Below, in pieces: positions 30,475 through 45,799 of a DNA stretch of 64,000 bases. The stretch is taken from NCBI RefSeq assembly GCF_009914755.1, contig NC_060941.1, one strand, 5' to 3'. The position numbers were made by a program, and so were the translations under genes. The stretch comes from the human T2T-CHM13v2.0 reference genome, Homo sapiens. Under the pieces are notes generated by a model. The model did no database searches and had not been told where the DNA came from. It saw only the letters and a list, made by a program, of their open reading frames with translations. Within the stretch, counting starts at the first letter, position 1. Each line of letters starts with the position of its first letter.

Positions 30475-32075
30475 TAAACATTTCTAACTCAGAGAAGTGT
30501 TTGGATTTTACCTCTTGAATGTGTTGCGCCAATTTGCTTTAGGTACGGGATTTCTAGTTTGTTGAATTCTATTTTACTTACAAAAATTTTTTATATGGCT
30601 CCAATCAGATCAAACCAGCCTATGTAGTATCATAGAAGTAACATTAAAATATTGAGAATTTTGAAGGGTTCCAGGTATCCTGAAGACTTCACCGTCACAG
30701 GACAAAAACACTTATAGGGCTGTCCTTCCACCAGACCCAGCCTCTGCTGTTCCATTGCCCTTGCTGCCCTCCTCCGTCCAGTTTGTCCGCTACCTTCTTG
30801 CTTAGCCAGGATGTGTGTTGTTTGGCATCTGCCTTCACATGGACATTGTGCTGCAGTTGGTTGCTTCTCCAGCTAAGTAAGAACTGTCTGAGGATCCATG
30901 TTTATCTTTGCCATCTCCATGGTCTCCAACACTCTGCAGAGTCCTTAGCAAAATGTATGGTTTTAATGAATTGATGGCAGCTGTCCCTTGTATTTCCAGG
31001 AAAGTTTTGAATTCTCAGGAGAAAGTAGGTTTGATATTTCAAAACGAATGTGGTTGGCCAAATGTTTTATATTGGGATTAAAGAAATTATTTTAGTACCA
31101 CAAACTTCCAGAAAGCTTGTCCATAAGAGTTTTTCCTCACCCCACACCACTACAAAAGTGACCCAGAAATCCTGAGCCAGTGGAACTCCCAGGGGGGTGC
31201 AGGTATCACTGGGACCTTGCCCACCCTACTGTCTCCTTTCATCCCTGTCCCAGAGACCTAACATCACCATGGTCTCCTTTCCCTCAGTCTTTCATAAGTA
31301 TTTGTAAATACTCTTTTACCAATATCATTCTTTCTCTGTTATTTTTCCTTTTTAACTGTTGCTCTTTTACTTCAGAAAAATTTTTCTTTTTTCTTTTATG
31401 CTCCCCTCATTTCCAACTTCCTGTTCCAAATTAAGCCTAATTATGGTTGAGTGTTAAGATTACGGTTTATGATAAACCTAGAAAGATAAAGTAATACATT
31501 TTTATGTGAAACTATATCTAGTAAAGAACTGGTACCAACCACCTCCAAAGCCCTTGAAAATCCCCTTTGTTTTATCTGCCAGAGAATTCATCTCTTTCTC
31601 TAATTGGTCCTGCTTTTCTCTCTAGCACAAGCAGCCAAATTTTAAAAAAATCTTGGAAGGTTACATTATAAGCAGTCTAACCTTTTGATCTGTAAGCAGA
31701 TAAACAGAGTCTATTCATAGTGGTAAAAAACTGTTATGAAAATTATCTGTTTATAGTTATATTTTGGCCTCTTTTGCTCTCCCCTCAGTCGTATGTTATA
31801 GTATGCTGAAGATACATGGAATTAATATACTTCCAAACTGGACCAAAAATGTCATATAACAGCCTGTATTTGCAGGTTAACAAAGTATGAGTGAGAGGGG
31901 TATGTGGCTCTGAGTGCTTTGTTTGCCTGTTTGTATTTGTGTTTCTGTGTTCCTCCTGCACAACTTCCCTGACAGCCTGTGCTTTATGCTTTCATAGGGA
32001 TTTTGAATCATAAGGGAAAGAAGAAAGATTGCAAATCAAGAGATACCAGTAATCAGATCAATGATGAAATTTTAG

Positions 32076-32434
<359 letters not shown>

Positions 32435-34574
32435 ATCCCTATTAATGTGAATTCTGGTACCAGCTTTGACTCTGGAGATGCTCTGGGGCTTCTTGATGGC
32501 TGTGGTCAGCCCACACCATGGTCATGTGCTTGCCAGCATTCTGGTCATTCCTCTCTTATCTGCTGCCTCTAATCTGTTCCTGTGTGCCTGGAGACTGGTA
32601 GCCAAACCTGCCAGAACTGTATACAGACCAGAAGTGCTTCTCCTAGTAGTATGCAGGTGTGGAGTTTAGGGCACAGTCATTTTGAGCTTCTCTGGAGCTC
32701 TCTTCCTTTTCCCGCTGATGACATTATCTCAGGTAGCTGAGTGGCCATAGAACTGAGTCTTAGATAAAGTGTCACTGCACAAGCATGTGGTCAGGTGCTG
32801 TTCCCCTGCCCTGGCACCTGTGGAAGGTGTGTGGGCCTCCTTTCTGTTGCTTTCTTGTACCACACCACACCCCTTCTGGCCTCAGGGCTCCTGCATGGGC
32901 TTCTCTGTGCCTGGATGCTCCTCTCTCAGCGTGTTACAGCTGATCCTCCATGGGTTGACTGCAAGGCCCAGTTTGCACAGGATACTTCCAGTTAACACCT
33001 GATTGTGGATCAGTTTACTCCTGTTATTTTTACTCTCAAAAAGTGCCCCAATTTGGAAGATAAAATATACTGTCTCCTACTTAACCATTTCAGGTCTCAG
33101 TCCAGTGTCACCTCTTCAGGTAGACCTTTCCCTTTCTCTCTCAGGGGGCAAGTCTCCTGGTTTGCTGTGACTGCAGAATAAACCCCAGGGCTTGGTTGGG
33201 CTGAGCCAGGGTTTGCCAGCAGACAAATTCAGGCTTCTTTCTATGTGAGGGCCCATGGCAGGCCAGCGTGGGAGGACGTGAGATGGGAGGGGCAGCCAGG
33301 TGCTGGGAGGGTTGGGAGAGACATGGGGAGGAAGAGTGAGGACTGAAGCCAGGGGGAAGAAACATGGAAGTGTGCTGTAAGCTCTGTGCCCACTAGCCCT
33401 TGATGAGTTTTAATCTGCTTTACCCCTCAAGGCTGTAAGAGTCAGATCTGAGTGTTTTGAAAATGAGACGGTGTGTGCGATTAACTTGAAGAGAACTGAT
33501 ACAGGAGAGATCTTTGGTGAGGCCTGATTATAAGTGGATGACAAGCTTCATTTTTCCTAGGTGATAGGTTGGACTGTTAGACAAAACTTTGGATTCAGAG
33601 AAAAGGCACTCTAGGTGCATTTTGCCTCCTTTCTTTACCTTGATGGATTTTCATGTTGGTCAAATGAAGACTTGGGCTACATCTATGAAATCCCTTCCAA
33701 TTTTTAGAAGTATATAATTCTGTTGTACGCTCTAGTGAGTCCAGACTATAAAGCATTTTGAATTTTACTATTTCTTTTCCCCTAATTGTGGGCCAGAAAG
33801 GAAAATTTCCAAATAAGGATGCACAGTCCACTCTGGGAAACACAGGGAAACAATAACTAGAATACAAGTCTAGCCTTTGCCCTGGCATGAAAAGAATGCA
33901 GACTGTTAGCTGACCTAAAGGTTTCTGTTTTATTTCACGTTTAGGTGAAATGGTCAGCTTTGACCATTACTCCCAAAGAAGTTTCTCTCCAGACTTTAAG
34001 ATATTTGTGCAACATTAAGATGGTTTTATTATCTGTGAGACAGCTGTGGTCACTTTTATTTATCAAAGTGCCATGTTTATTGTATATGTATCAGGAGCAG
34101 TGCTGGAAAGCTAAATTTAGAGAAATAAACCTGGGCTCACAAATGATTATGGTGACATTCAGTATACCCCCAATGACACTATCACTATAACATTGCTAGG
34201 TCGCCTCCCAGCAGTCTAGCCATCTCAACCATAAAGGAATGGCGAAGTAATGATGGCAACTTGCCTTATTGGAGAGTGTGTAGACTGCCGTTTTAAACTG
34301 TAATTGTCAGGATTAGACCTCAACCGTGGTGAAATGTTGGGCATAAAGGTACATGAACAAAGCTAAGTGCAAAGTTGTGTGAATGCTGATTCAGTCTTTG
34401 TGAAAGTACAGTCCACAGGACACAAATTGGCAAAATTCATTTGCCTTACAGTGTTTAAAGTTTTTTGAATTATAACATTTTGGGCCTGAGTTCTCCACTT
34501 GCTGCAGTTTCTGCCAGCCCCTTTGTTCTTTACTTGGCTCTTGCAAACATTTATTTACCTATTTAGCTCTATAG

Positions 34575-34895
<321 letters not shown>

Positions 34896-35039
34896 CAGTT
34901 GAAGTTTTGACCCCTGTTTAAAAAAAGAAAAGACTATTATAATACTGGAATTTAAATTACAATAAAGGTGATTTTTAAATAAAATAAATTTTAAAAATTA
35001 AATTGATATACTGTAAATATGCAGTTAGGAGATAATTGA

Positions 35040-35340
35040 TCTTCCTGGTTACTTCCCAGGGAAGCAGGACTCAAGACCCAGATTTGTGTGCAGAGTTTAT
35101 GGGGGTTGCTTCTGGGAACAGTACCAATGAGGGGGTGAGGGAAGCCGGTTGGGCAGAGGGAGAAGCTAAGATGGATGCAGCTGCGATAGCTGCCTCTTCA
35201 GTCCCAGGGGATTGAGCTGGAATGGGCCTTCACCGTGTCCCAAATGGAGACCAGGTGGTCACATCAGTCTCTCCCCCCCATCAGTCTTGGAGGGGAGTCT
35301 GCAGAGAATCTGTTTCTTTGCCTTTTCCAGCAGTCTTGCC
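35040..35340. mobile_element. Old ERVL-type LTR fragment (LTR16-like)
   Basis: ttcccagggaagcaggactcaagacccagatttgtgtgcagagtttatgggg. Confidence 0.55.
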
Positions 35341-35560
35341 CTTCATTTCCTTTATACATCTCAAACACTCACCGAGTATTTTCTTCTTTCAAAAGTTTAT
35401 TCTCGGGGAGGTGGCTCCCTGGCTGACCACAGGTCCCGCCGGCATTCAGCCTGGCTGACTCAGGAGGTCAGCGCCTAGACCTGACTCATTTTCTTCCGCT
35501 CCTTGCCGACCTCACCAGGGCCTGCTTCCTGGCACCTCATTTGACCAAGCCCTCTGCCTT

Positions 35561-35573
35561 GGTCAAAATGACC
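35561..35573. promoter_or_regulatory. Perfect estrogen-response-element core GGTCAaaaTGACC (motif only)
   Basis: Exact match to GGTCAnnnTGACC; function unknown. Confidence 0.4.
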
Positions 35574-37139
35574 AAGGCAAAATTTTGGTCAAAATTTTTT
35601 GAAATGTTAGTTTCAAAAAAAATCTTAACCTCCTCTTTGCCTGTGGTGGGTGGGCAGGCCAGGTCAGGCTCACCCTGCAGTGTGGAGGGTGGGGTCAGAG
35701 GCCCCTGGACAGCCTGGGGCCGCCTCTGTGCTCCGCAGCTCAGTTTTGGCGGGAGAGCCCTGGCCAGTTGTCAAGAAAGTGCGCCTCTGTTTCTGGGGTA
35801 ATGCTGTGGGCCCAGGACCTTCAGCCTGCAGCCCCCAGAGGGGATGTAGTCATGCCAAAGCTCCTGATGCCATCATCATCACGTTAGAACCCCTCACCAC
35901 CACCTCCACTCATAAGTCATTTGCCCTAAGCCAGCACAGCACTTCGAATTCAGGCAGTTGATCATCATCTAAGCGTGAATACCATTTTATTAATTTTTGC
36001 CTAGAAATTGGCACTCCCTTTAAAATCTTTTAATGCTTTTGTTTACTGCAAGTTTTCTTCCATTACTTTTTCTTCTGTGTGTGCCCTCTCCTGGCTCTCT
36101 GGCTTTCCTGTTATACTTGTATTGGATCTTTTCAGTCCTCTATGTCTCTTAAATTTTTAAAACTTCTATTCATTTCAGTATTCTTAGTCGGTCTTCTCAT
36201 TCATTGATTGGATTTTCTGTAGTGTTCAGTATTGCTAGTGATCATTATTTTGCAAGTGACAGCAATCTTTTCTGATGTGACATTTTCCCTTTTAACAAAG
36301 ATGTTTTTCTTTAAACATCTTACTGAAAATTGGTTGACTTTCTGAAGGACTATTACTACACTGGCCTTGCTGGGTATGTGGGTACCCATGACTGTTCTGC
36401 TCCTGGAGATTAAGTACTGGGACTTCTGTAGCTCAGGTCCCTAGGGGGCCTGGGCCTCTGCCGGGTGGGACAGTGGGCTGGATGCACATGTAGGGTAGGC
36501 TTTAGTGCAGCATTCCTAGTCTGTGAACTTCTCCTGTGTCATGCCAAGGGATTTGAATCCAGGTGTGAATTCAACTACTCATAAAAGAGAACCATACTGA
36601 CCTATGGCACATTGAGTAGAGAGTATTTTTTAAATGAATTAGGCCTGATTTAAACTATATTCAGCCCCCTTGGCTTATGTAAATGCGCAAATTTCTGCAG
36701 ATTCTCTGCATAGAAGTTTTTTTCTTCATGCTTTCTGGAGCGAAAATTCTTATCCTGGCTTCCTTTATTTACTAGCTGTAGGATCGCAGGCTAGTTTCTT
36801 GCTTGCTTGCTACATTCCCCTCCTGTGTAAAATGGGGCTGTTAGTATTTCCTTAGGGAGTTCTTTGAACAAAGCCCAGAAGTTAATAAGTTCTCAATGAA
36901 TGTTAATAAATGTTAAATAAATTATCAGAAAATGTTAGTTTCAAAAAATCTTAACCCCTTCTCTTTTTCTTTTGTCTTCTCCGCCTCGTTTTCCTACTTT
37001 TCAGTCATTTTACTTGAGGGTAGGCAACATTTCATTTCTCACCAAATGCAGACAGGTGCTTCTCCCTACTTCCGTGTCCCTCTCCTTCTCCCACTACCCT
37101 TCTTGCCTTCTCTAAGGTATTATTTATGTAGTCAGGGAG

Positions 37140-37604
37140 TGTATTGGTTCCTGTTGCTGCTATAACAAATAACTACAAATTTAGTGGATTCAAAAACAAT
37201 GCAGAATTATTTCCTGGCAGTTCTAGAGGTTAGAAGTCTAAAGTCAAGGTACTGGCAGGGCTGTGTTCCTTCTGGAGGCTTCAGGGGAATATCAGTTTCC
37301 TTGCCTTCCCAGCTTCTAGAGGCCACAAGCATTCCTCAGCTTGTGGCCCCTTCTTCCCTCTTCAGAGTATATTGCTTCAACCTCTTGGGCTGTCATCACA
37401 TCTCCTTTTTCCGTCCCTGATTGTCTTGCATCCCTGTTGTAAAACCCTGGTGATTATATTGAGCCCAGCAGAGAATTCAGGATAATCTCTTTATCTCAAT
37501 ATCCTTAAGCACATCTGCAAAATCCCTTTGTTGTGTGACATACTCACAGGTTCTAGGGATTAGGATGTGGACATATTTGGGGGATTGTTATTCAGTGTGC
37601 TGCA
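37140..37604 (-). mobile_element. MLT1C/D-like MaLR LTR
   Basis: tgtattggttcctgttgctgctataacaaataactacaaa...ggattaggatgtggacatatttgggg. Confidence 0.85.
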
Positions 37605-38336
37605 GGAAGGTAGATGTGTAAACCTTTTATCATAGCATAGTGCAGGTGGGACTTGCACAGCGGTACCCTGAGCCAAAGGTGTGGACCTCAGACAAGGAAG
37701 CAGTTATTTCTGAGGACATTGGGAAAAGTTTGATAGAAGAGAGATGTTTGAGCTGAGTCCTAAAGGATGAAGAGGCCAGGGAAGTTTGGAAGGCTTTTAG
37801 GCTGAGGAAACAACACTTGCTAAGAAATAGACTTGTAAAAAAAATCCAGCAATTTTGAGGAATAGTGAAATCTTTGATGTTGCTAAGACACAGGGTATAT
37901 TGAGGAGAGTGGTAGGCAAAGAAAATTGTAGGTTAAAACTAGAATGTGCTGTGATAATGAGCTTCTAATGTATCCTGTAAAGAGAGGGGAGCCAGTGGAG
38001 TTGTTTTGGTGGCTTTTCAATTATAAATTTTTGTCTGATTGTGTAAGTAGTTTTCTTCTTCTAGAAAATGAAGAAACCAAATAAATAGATCAAGAAAATA
38101 AAATCATTCAAAGCCCTGCTACTCAGAGATAATGACTGTTGACATTTCTGTGTAGTGTCATTATTGAGCCATTTGTGTGTCTGTTTACCCAGTTGAAACC
38201 TCACTGTATATTAAATTTCATATCTTGAATTCTTTAGTTAACGGCATATCAACATTTCTTCATGTAATTAAATACTCTCAACTATCCTTAACATCTCCAT
38301 AATATCCTATTGTATATATTACCATAATTTATTTAA

Positions 38337-38850
<514 letters not shown>

Positions 38851-39149
38851 CCTCTCTATTTTAAATAATACTAACACATAGATCTGTGTTTAAGTTTTTG
38901 AATGTTTCCTCAGGGCAGGAGTGCTTCTCCTCTGTTTATTCTCTTGAGACGTGAGATCAGGTAGAAATGTTCCCGTGTCTAGGTGGAGGAGACCCCAGTG
39001 TGCCCTTTCATTTACTCCTGGGCTCTAGAGTGGAAACTTCTGTGTTTTTCTCTGTGTGATGATTTGTGTGGGTGCCAAGGGCCAAACCCACATTTAGCAA
39101 AGAAATAGTGTGATCCACTTAAAAGGGGGTTTAATAACTTGAGATGGAG

Positions 39150-42100
39150 ATATCAAGCTGAACATTCACAACAAGCATAACTAAATCAGAGAGGCAGAAG
39201 AAAGCATTAACCAGAAAAATAAGTACTAACTTTTAAAGAGTGATTACTCCTGATTTAAAACTTTTACTAGATGAAATACAAAGGGTAACAGACTGTGTTG
39301 AGAACTGAATTAATTTTCTGGAAGGAGTGTCTTGTAAAACAAAGATATTGTGAGGTGAAAAATGTAAGATGCTTAAGGGATCTATGTAGGAGACCTAATA
39401 ATTGAATGATAGGATTCTTAGAAGGGGACAAAGTAACAGATGGAAAATACATCGTATTATAAAAGAAGAAACCCATCTGAGCTGAATAAAATGTTAGACT
39501 TCAGATTGAAAGGACTCATGGAATTCTTTTTTAAAAGACAATTGCTGGACTGCAGCAATAAAGATAGAAATCCTGTCAACTTCTAGGCAGGAAGATAGGT
39601 CTGTTTTGAGGGAAATTGGGATGCCATAGGAATTCTTACCCACTTCACAAAGAAGCTAGAATAGAGTCTGTATGGATTATTGACTCTAAGGAACTAATAT
39701 AAATCTTCTGTATTCAGACATATCAGCCTGGGTTTTTACTTGCATGCCACAGAAGCTGATTTTGGTTGGCTAATAAATTTTTAAAGATGTTGAGTTGCTG
39801 TGAAATTGTTAGAAGGGCTAGAGAGAGATGTCTGCAGGCACTGCAGCCAGGGACAGCGCATCAAATCTTACACAGAATTGGCCCAGGCCGGATGCTGCTG
39901 CTGTGTTCCTGGGCGTAGACAGTGTAGCTTGCACCAGATGCTGCAGGCACTAAAGTCTACAGTGAGTGCCTTGGCCACTGCTTTCTGGGATCTTGATCTT
40001 GCTGCAGCTACCATTCTTGCAGTGAGCATTTTCCATCATAGTCCTTGCTTTGCAGCATTAGTTCCTGAATCAAAGTCTGGGACAGGTGTAAATAATGGCA
40101 GGGTCAAGGGGGCCTCCTAGCTGCAAGGGGGCACTGAGAAGGCAGGCAGCTGGCATTTTTAGCTTATTTAATGGGAGGTAGACCCTACCTTTAACTGAGA
40201 CTAATAAGGTGGGAAAGTCCCCAGGCTTAGGAAAGAAGGGTTCAAAAGCTAGGTAGTCAGAAAGAATGTCAGAGATCAAGTACTCTTGCCCAGATATAAT
40301 TCAGCGAACCAGGGCAAAAGAAGAATATTTTTAGCCATGAGGGATTCATCCATCTCATTTGAACAAATATTCAGATGTCCAATTGGATGCTGGTAATTGG
40401 CTCAGAATAGAAATATGAAGATAGAAGAAAATGAATAATATAAGTAACAGTAGAGAGCAGTGAATGTTGCAGCAGGAAACATTGCATACATAAATGGAAG
40501 ATATTAACACGGCTGAAGATTCAGAATGTAAGTGTAAAGTAAGAATTCTTGGAAGGATCGTACTGCCTTGGAACATCTAGGAAATAGCGTGGAACTAAAA
40601 ATTCTAGACCATCTCAGCAAAATCCTGAACTAGGATTGCAGGCATTCAGATATAAAATTCCTCTAAAAATTTCATCTTTGTTGGTGTGGGACTGGGGGGC
40701 ATGGTTATTTAGTTTGGATGAAGGTTTAATTAAGAGTGTTAGAAATGGCAGGTAACTACTAACCAAGTAGTAAAACATAGTATTCCCAAAATAACAGGGA
40801 TCAAGGATGATAGTGAGCACAGAGGTAAGCAGGCCAGGAAGGAATAAAGAGAAGTAATATCAAATTAGCAAAAGCGAGGAGAGGAAAAAGATGAAATGAG
40901 TTAACAAATAGTAAACAAAATCAAGTGGAAACAGTAAAGCCAAATGAGCAGCCCCACAGTAAATACTCATCAGCTAAACTCACCTATTAAAAAACAAAGG
41001 TCCAGAATATTAGTGTCAGAGCAAGATGCAAGAACAAAAGCATTGAACAGGACTAAGAGGTACTATATATTGGTAGAAACCAAAAATATAAAGTATAACT
41101 GCCTTTAAGCAGCAAAATGCATAGAACAAACACCAGGAACAAAAGAATTTGGTAAGAAACATATTCTACTAAGAGATGCTAATTATGTGTCTTTTCTAAT
41201 TTGACGGGTCAGCTAAGCTAAATTGCCAACTTGGATGCTCACAGGGGCCGGTGGGTGGCATGAATATGTGAATTATATGGTGAGAGACCAGGGATGGTGG
41301 GAATTGCACAGCGAACTGGATAATGCATGTCTTGCCTAAAGGCATTGAAATTCATACATTTTAAAGCACTTTGCCAGCCAAACAAAATATATTTGTAGCT
41401 TGCTTGCAGCCTGCCAGTTTTCAACCTTTGAAACAAAAAAGCAAAAGTATAGAGGTTAGAAACAACATATGCAACAAATGTATTGCATATGTTGCAAACA
41501 TATTTATTGCGAAAATGTACAGGGAATGTACATTTTCCCCTAGGTCTAGGGAGTATTTACAGAAGTTGATCATGTCATTTATCACAGAAAACAAAAAGTG
41601 AAATATGAAAATTTTGATTTTTGTATGCAATAACCTGTCCTGTCAGTCCAGTGAAATTAGTGGTAAAAAAAAAGAGATGATTATAACAACAACAACAAAA
41701 ACTACCTTGGAGTTAAGAGCCACTGTTGTAAAATAATCTCTGCACCAAAAGAAAATCTAGACAAATTATAAATCATCTAGAAATAAAAGAAATAGAAGCC
41801 TTTTGATATCAAAATTTGTAGAATAGAACTGAATCTATAGTCAGGAAAAAGTATAATCTTAGATGCTTTTATTAGTATAAGAAAAGAAAGACTGAAAATA
41901 TAAGAGCGAAATATTCAACTTATGAAACTAGAAAAAAGTACAAAATAAAGAGAAAGGTAAAAGCTGAAATGAATGAAATAGAAAATAAAATGGTAGAGAA
42001 GATAAATAAGAACAACACTAGTTCTTTGAAAAGGCAAATAATGGAAATTATTCTTGATTAAAGGAAAAAGGAAAAAGTATTAGCAAAGAAGAATCCATTG

Positions 42101-42610
42101 TTATAGGTATGGAATAAATGAAAAATTAAATCTGCAGCAATATTTGTGAAACTCTGGAGGAAGTGGGCAATTTCCCCTCAAAATATAAATTCACAAATTG
42201 TTTTCTAGAAAAAATATAAAACCTGAAGTATTATTGCTAGTATTTAACATTGTTTTGGTATTGATGCAATAAGGCAAAAACATTTTTTGTTTTAAATACT
42301 GAAAAAGAGGAAAATAAACTTGACCTAAGAATAAGAGAATTTGTGATTATATATAAGATAAATATAAAAACAAAATACCTTTTTTCTATGCCATCAATAA
42401 CTGGTTAGCATTGGAACGTGAAAAAAAAATTCAATTCACAAATACCATAAAATATCTAGGAGTAATTTAAACTAGAAAATTATAGGACATAAAGTGAATA
42501 AATATTAAATCTTACTGTGGTTCATAAAACAAGACCTGAGATAATGGAGAAACTGCAGTATGTTCCAGGGTGGGTAGATATAATGTTATAAAATTGTCCT
42601 TCCCAAGTAG
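39150..42610 (+). mobile_element. Very old L1ME-like ORF1/ORF2 relic, with a MaLR-like insert (~39720-40270) and a hAT MER-like insert (~41213-41430)
   Basis: A-rich L1 motifs (agacttcagattgaaagg, tagttctttgaaaagg, aaatatctaggagtaatttaa). Confidence 0.6.
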
Positions 42611-42760
42611 CCTGCTTAAGAGACTAATTCTCCCCAGAATTTTTCATTAGGAAAAAAGGAAGCTCCTTACATTTAAGTCTTAGAAAGTGTCTTTTTAAAC
42701 TTGGCATGTTCTTAATAACTTTATTTTTGAATAACGAAGTAATACTTCAGACAAACCTCA

Positions 42761-43080
42761 ATTTTTTCTTTTTCTTTCTTTTTCTTTTTTTTTTGGAGAC
42801 AGGGCCTCACTCCACTTTCCCAGGCTGGAGTGCAGTGGCATGAACTTGGTTCACTGGAGCCTCATCCTCCAGGGCCCAGGTGATTCTCTCACCTCAGCCT
42901 CCCAAGTAGCTAGAACTACAGTTGCACACCACCATGTCCCGCTAAACTTTTTGTATTTTTAGTAGAGACAAGGTTTTGCCGTGTTGCTCAGGCTAGCAGC
43001 AAACTCTTGGACTCAAGTAATCCGCCTTCATTGGCCTCCCAAAGTGCTAGGATTACAGGCATGACCCACCACGCCCAACC
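42761..43080 (-). mobile_element. AluJ
   Basis: Alu reverse complement. Confidence 0.92.
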
Positions 43081-44165
43081 TCTTCAATTTATTTTAAATT
43101 GAGTTTTATAGAGGCCACCGGACAGAATCGGTTTAAAAAAAGATAGACAATTTTGTTTTATTTAGTACTTATTCCATTGGGTATGATCTCATAGTTACAA
43201 GTATTGTTGAATTGAGGCTTTGAAAGACTATATAACAATGCAATAATTGGTTAGGTTGTAGAGATCACAAATGTATACCTACAGGAAGAATGTTTTTAAA
43301 AAAACTGACCTAATGTCATATAAGTACGTATTTGTGACTTAGTATAACATTTTCAATGACAGCGTAATACTATCATTGGATTCAGAAAGTACTGAGTCTC
43401 AAGTAGCTTAGAGGATAGAGGAAAGGGGTGAAGAAAGAGAGAACCAAGGTGATGCATGATACCTGCACTGCCTGTTAAAGAGAGCTTCCAGAAAATGCTT
43501 CATCCGCTTGGCCAGAACCTAGCCATCTGGCCACACCCAGCTGCAAAAGACGTTGGAAGTGTTCTGGAACCACCAAGTGCCCAACAAAAAGTTGAGTTAA
43601 TGAGGAAGAAAAGAGAACAAATAATGGGGTACAACTAGCCTCTACTTGGACATAGGTAGTACTCTGGGGGAAAACATTATAAAATATGCTGAAATATTAG
43701 TACGCTTGTAAACAAATAAAAGTAAATGCCAAAAGAGGTGGCGGTAGAGGTCAGTAGGTATAGGGTGATGAGCAATCAAGTGGCAAAAAAGAAAAACAAA
43801 GGTGTTCAACATCAGTAGTAATCAGAGAAATGCACATCAAAAGAAATCACTTTTCGACCTTCAAAAATAATAACTTCCAGTGGTGGTAAGTGTACAGAGA
43901 AACAATTACTCCTATATGTCTACCCCTGTGGTGTGTGAATGATTGCAATCTTTTTTATAAAGCAATCCGGCAATAATTTTGAGATTGAAAATATGTTTCT
44001 CTTGAGGAATCCAGGAATTCTGTCTTGTAGACATAAAAGCACAAGTACATACTTAACGTTGCAAATGTAGGAAAAGTTTGCTAATTGCAGTACTTTTTTT
44101 GTTCTGGCCCGAATCTAGGAATACTGAATGTCCCTCAGTAGGAATTGGTTAAATAAATTATAGTA

Positions 44166-44514
44166 CAGTCATCCTCAGTATCCTTGGGAGATTCATTCCA
44201 GAATCTCCTATGGATACTAACATCCACAGATAACTCAAGTCCCTGATATAAAATGCTATAAAATGGCATAGTATTTGCATTTAAACTACGCACATTCTCC
44301 CATATAGTTTAAATGATGTCCAGATTACTTATACTACCTAATACAATGTAAATGCCGTGTCATTTGTTGTTATACTGTATTGTTTAGGGAATAATGACAA
44401 GAAAAACATGTCTATATACATTCAGATGTACCCATCCCTTTTTCCCCCAAATATGTTCTATCTGTGGTTGGTAGAATTCTGGGTGGGGAACCCAGAAATA
44501 TGGAAGGCCGACTA
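44166..44514 (+). mobile_element. MER2 TcMar-Tigger DNA transposon
   Basis: TA-flanked; cagtcatcctcagtatcc...ggaaggccgact termini; ~350 bp. Confidence 0.85.
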
Positions 44515-44554
44515 TATCATTCTTATGAAATTTTATTAAATAAGAATGATGTCA

Positions 44555-44887
<333 letters not shown>

Positions 44888-45164
44888 TTATTAAAAAGGA
44901 CAAGTGAGAGCTATTTCCTGAAGCTATGACCAGGATGTATTATCAGGTGACAAATATAACTCACAAGAGAGTGTTTACACCTTTATGTCATAGTGCCTAT
45001 GCTGTGATCCCAAACGAAAGGCTAAGCATGTTTGTGTCAACACAGAGAGAATGTATTCTTGGAAGAATACATTCTTTCCAGGCTGTTCATAATGATTATC
45101 CCAGGCAAGTAGGGGATTTTGATTATTTTGCTCTTAGAAACAGCATGTATTGTTTTTATATGTG

Positions 45165-45420
45165 AGGGCTTAGGGGAGTTTAGTGATTAAAAGTATGAAC
45201 TTTGGAGCCCGCATTTCCTGAGTTTGAATTCCAGCTGAAGCTGTGTGATCTTGGGCAAGTTATCTCTACTGTGCCTCAGTTTCCTCCTTGGTAAAATATT
45301 TGTAGAAACAGGACCTACTGTATATAGTTTCAAACAAGTCAGTATATGTAAAGTATTTGGTACCGTAGAAGTTCTACATGAGAGTTCTATATAAGAGAGG
45401 GCCGGCTTTATTATTTTTAA
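45165..45420 (+). mobile_element. MIR
   Basis: gctgtgtgatcttgggcaagtta...ctgtgcctcagtttcctc; strand tentative. Confidence 0.8.
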
Positions 45421-45799
45421 ACATTTTAAGTATTATTATTAAAGTAAGTCAAGGGTAGAGGAAAGGTCATTGTATTCTTTCCGTGGTAAAGTGCTGAACA
45501 TATTTTCATCAGTCCTAGAGCTTGATTTTGAAGAACATGGTGATGCAGCAAAATATTTCTTAATTATGCCTTTGCCTCGTTTTCAGTGGAGTGAAGAAAC
45601 AGGATCAGCTGGCCTGAGAAAGTGCGAAGCACAGAGTTTTGTATTTAACAGCGAGTGGGCTTTATAGCTGTCTTCACTGTGTTTTTGGAATTGGCTGATT
45701 GTCCACAGAATTCACACTGGTTCGATGTCTAAACACTTCAGTGATGCAAAAATCAGTTTGGGAAATAGAGACACTTGAATGAATGGGTTTTGAGATAAA

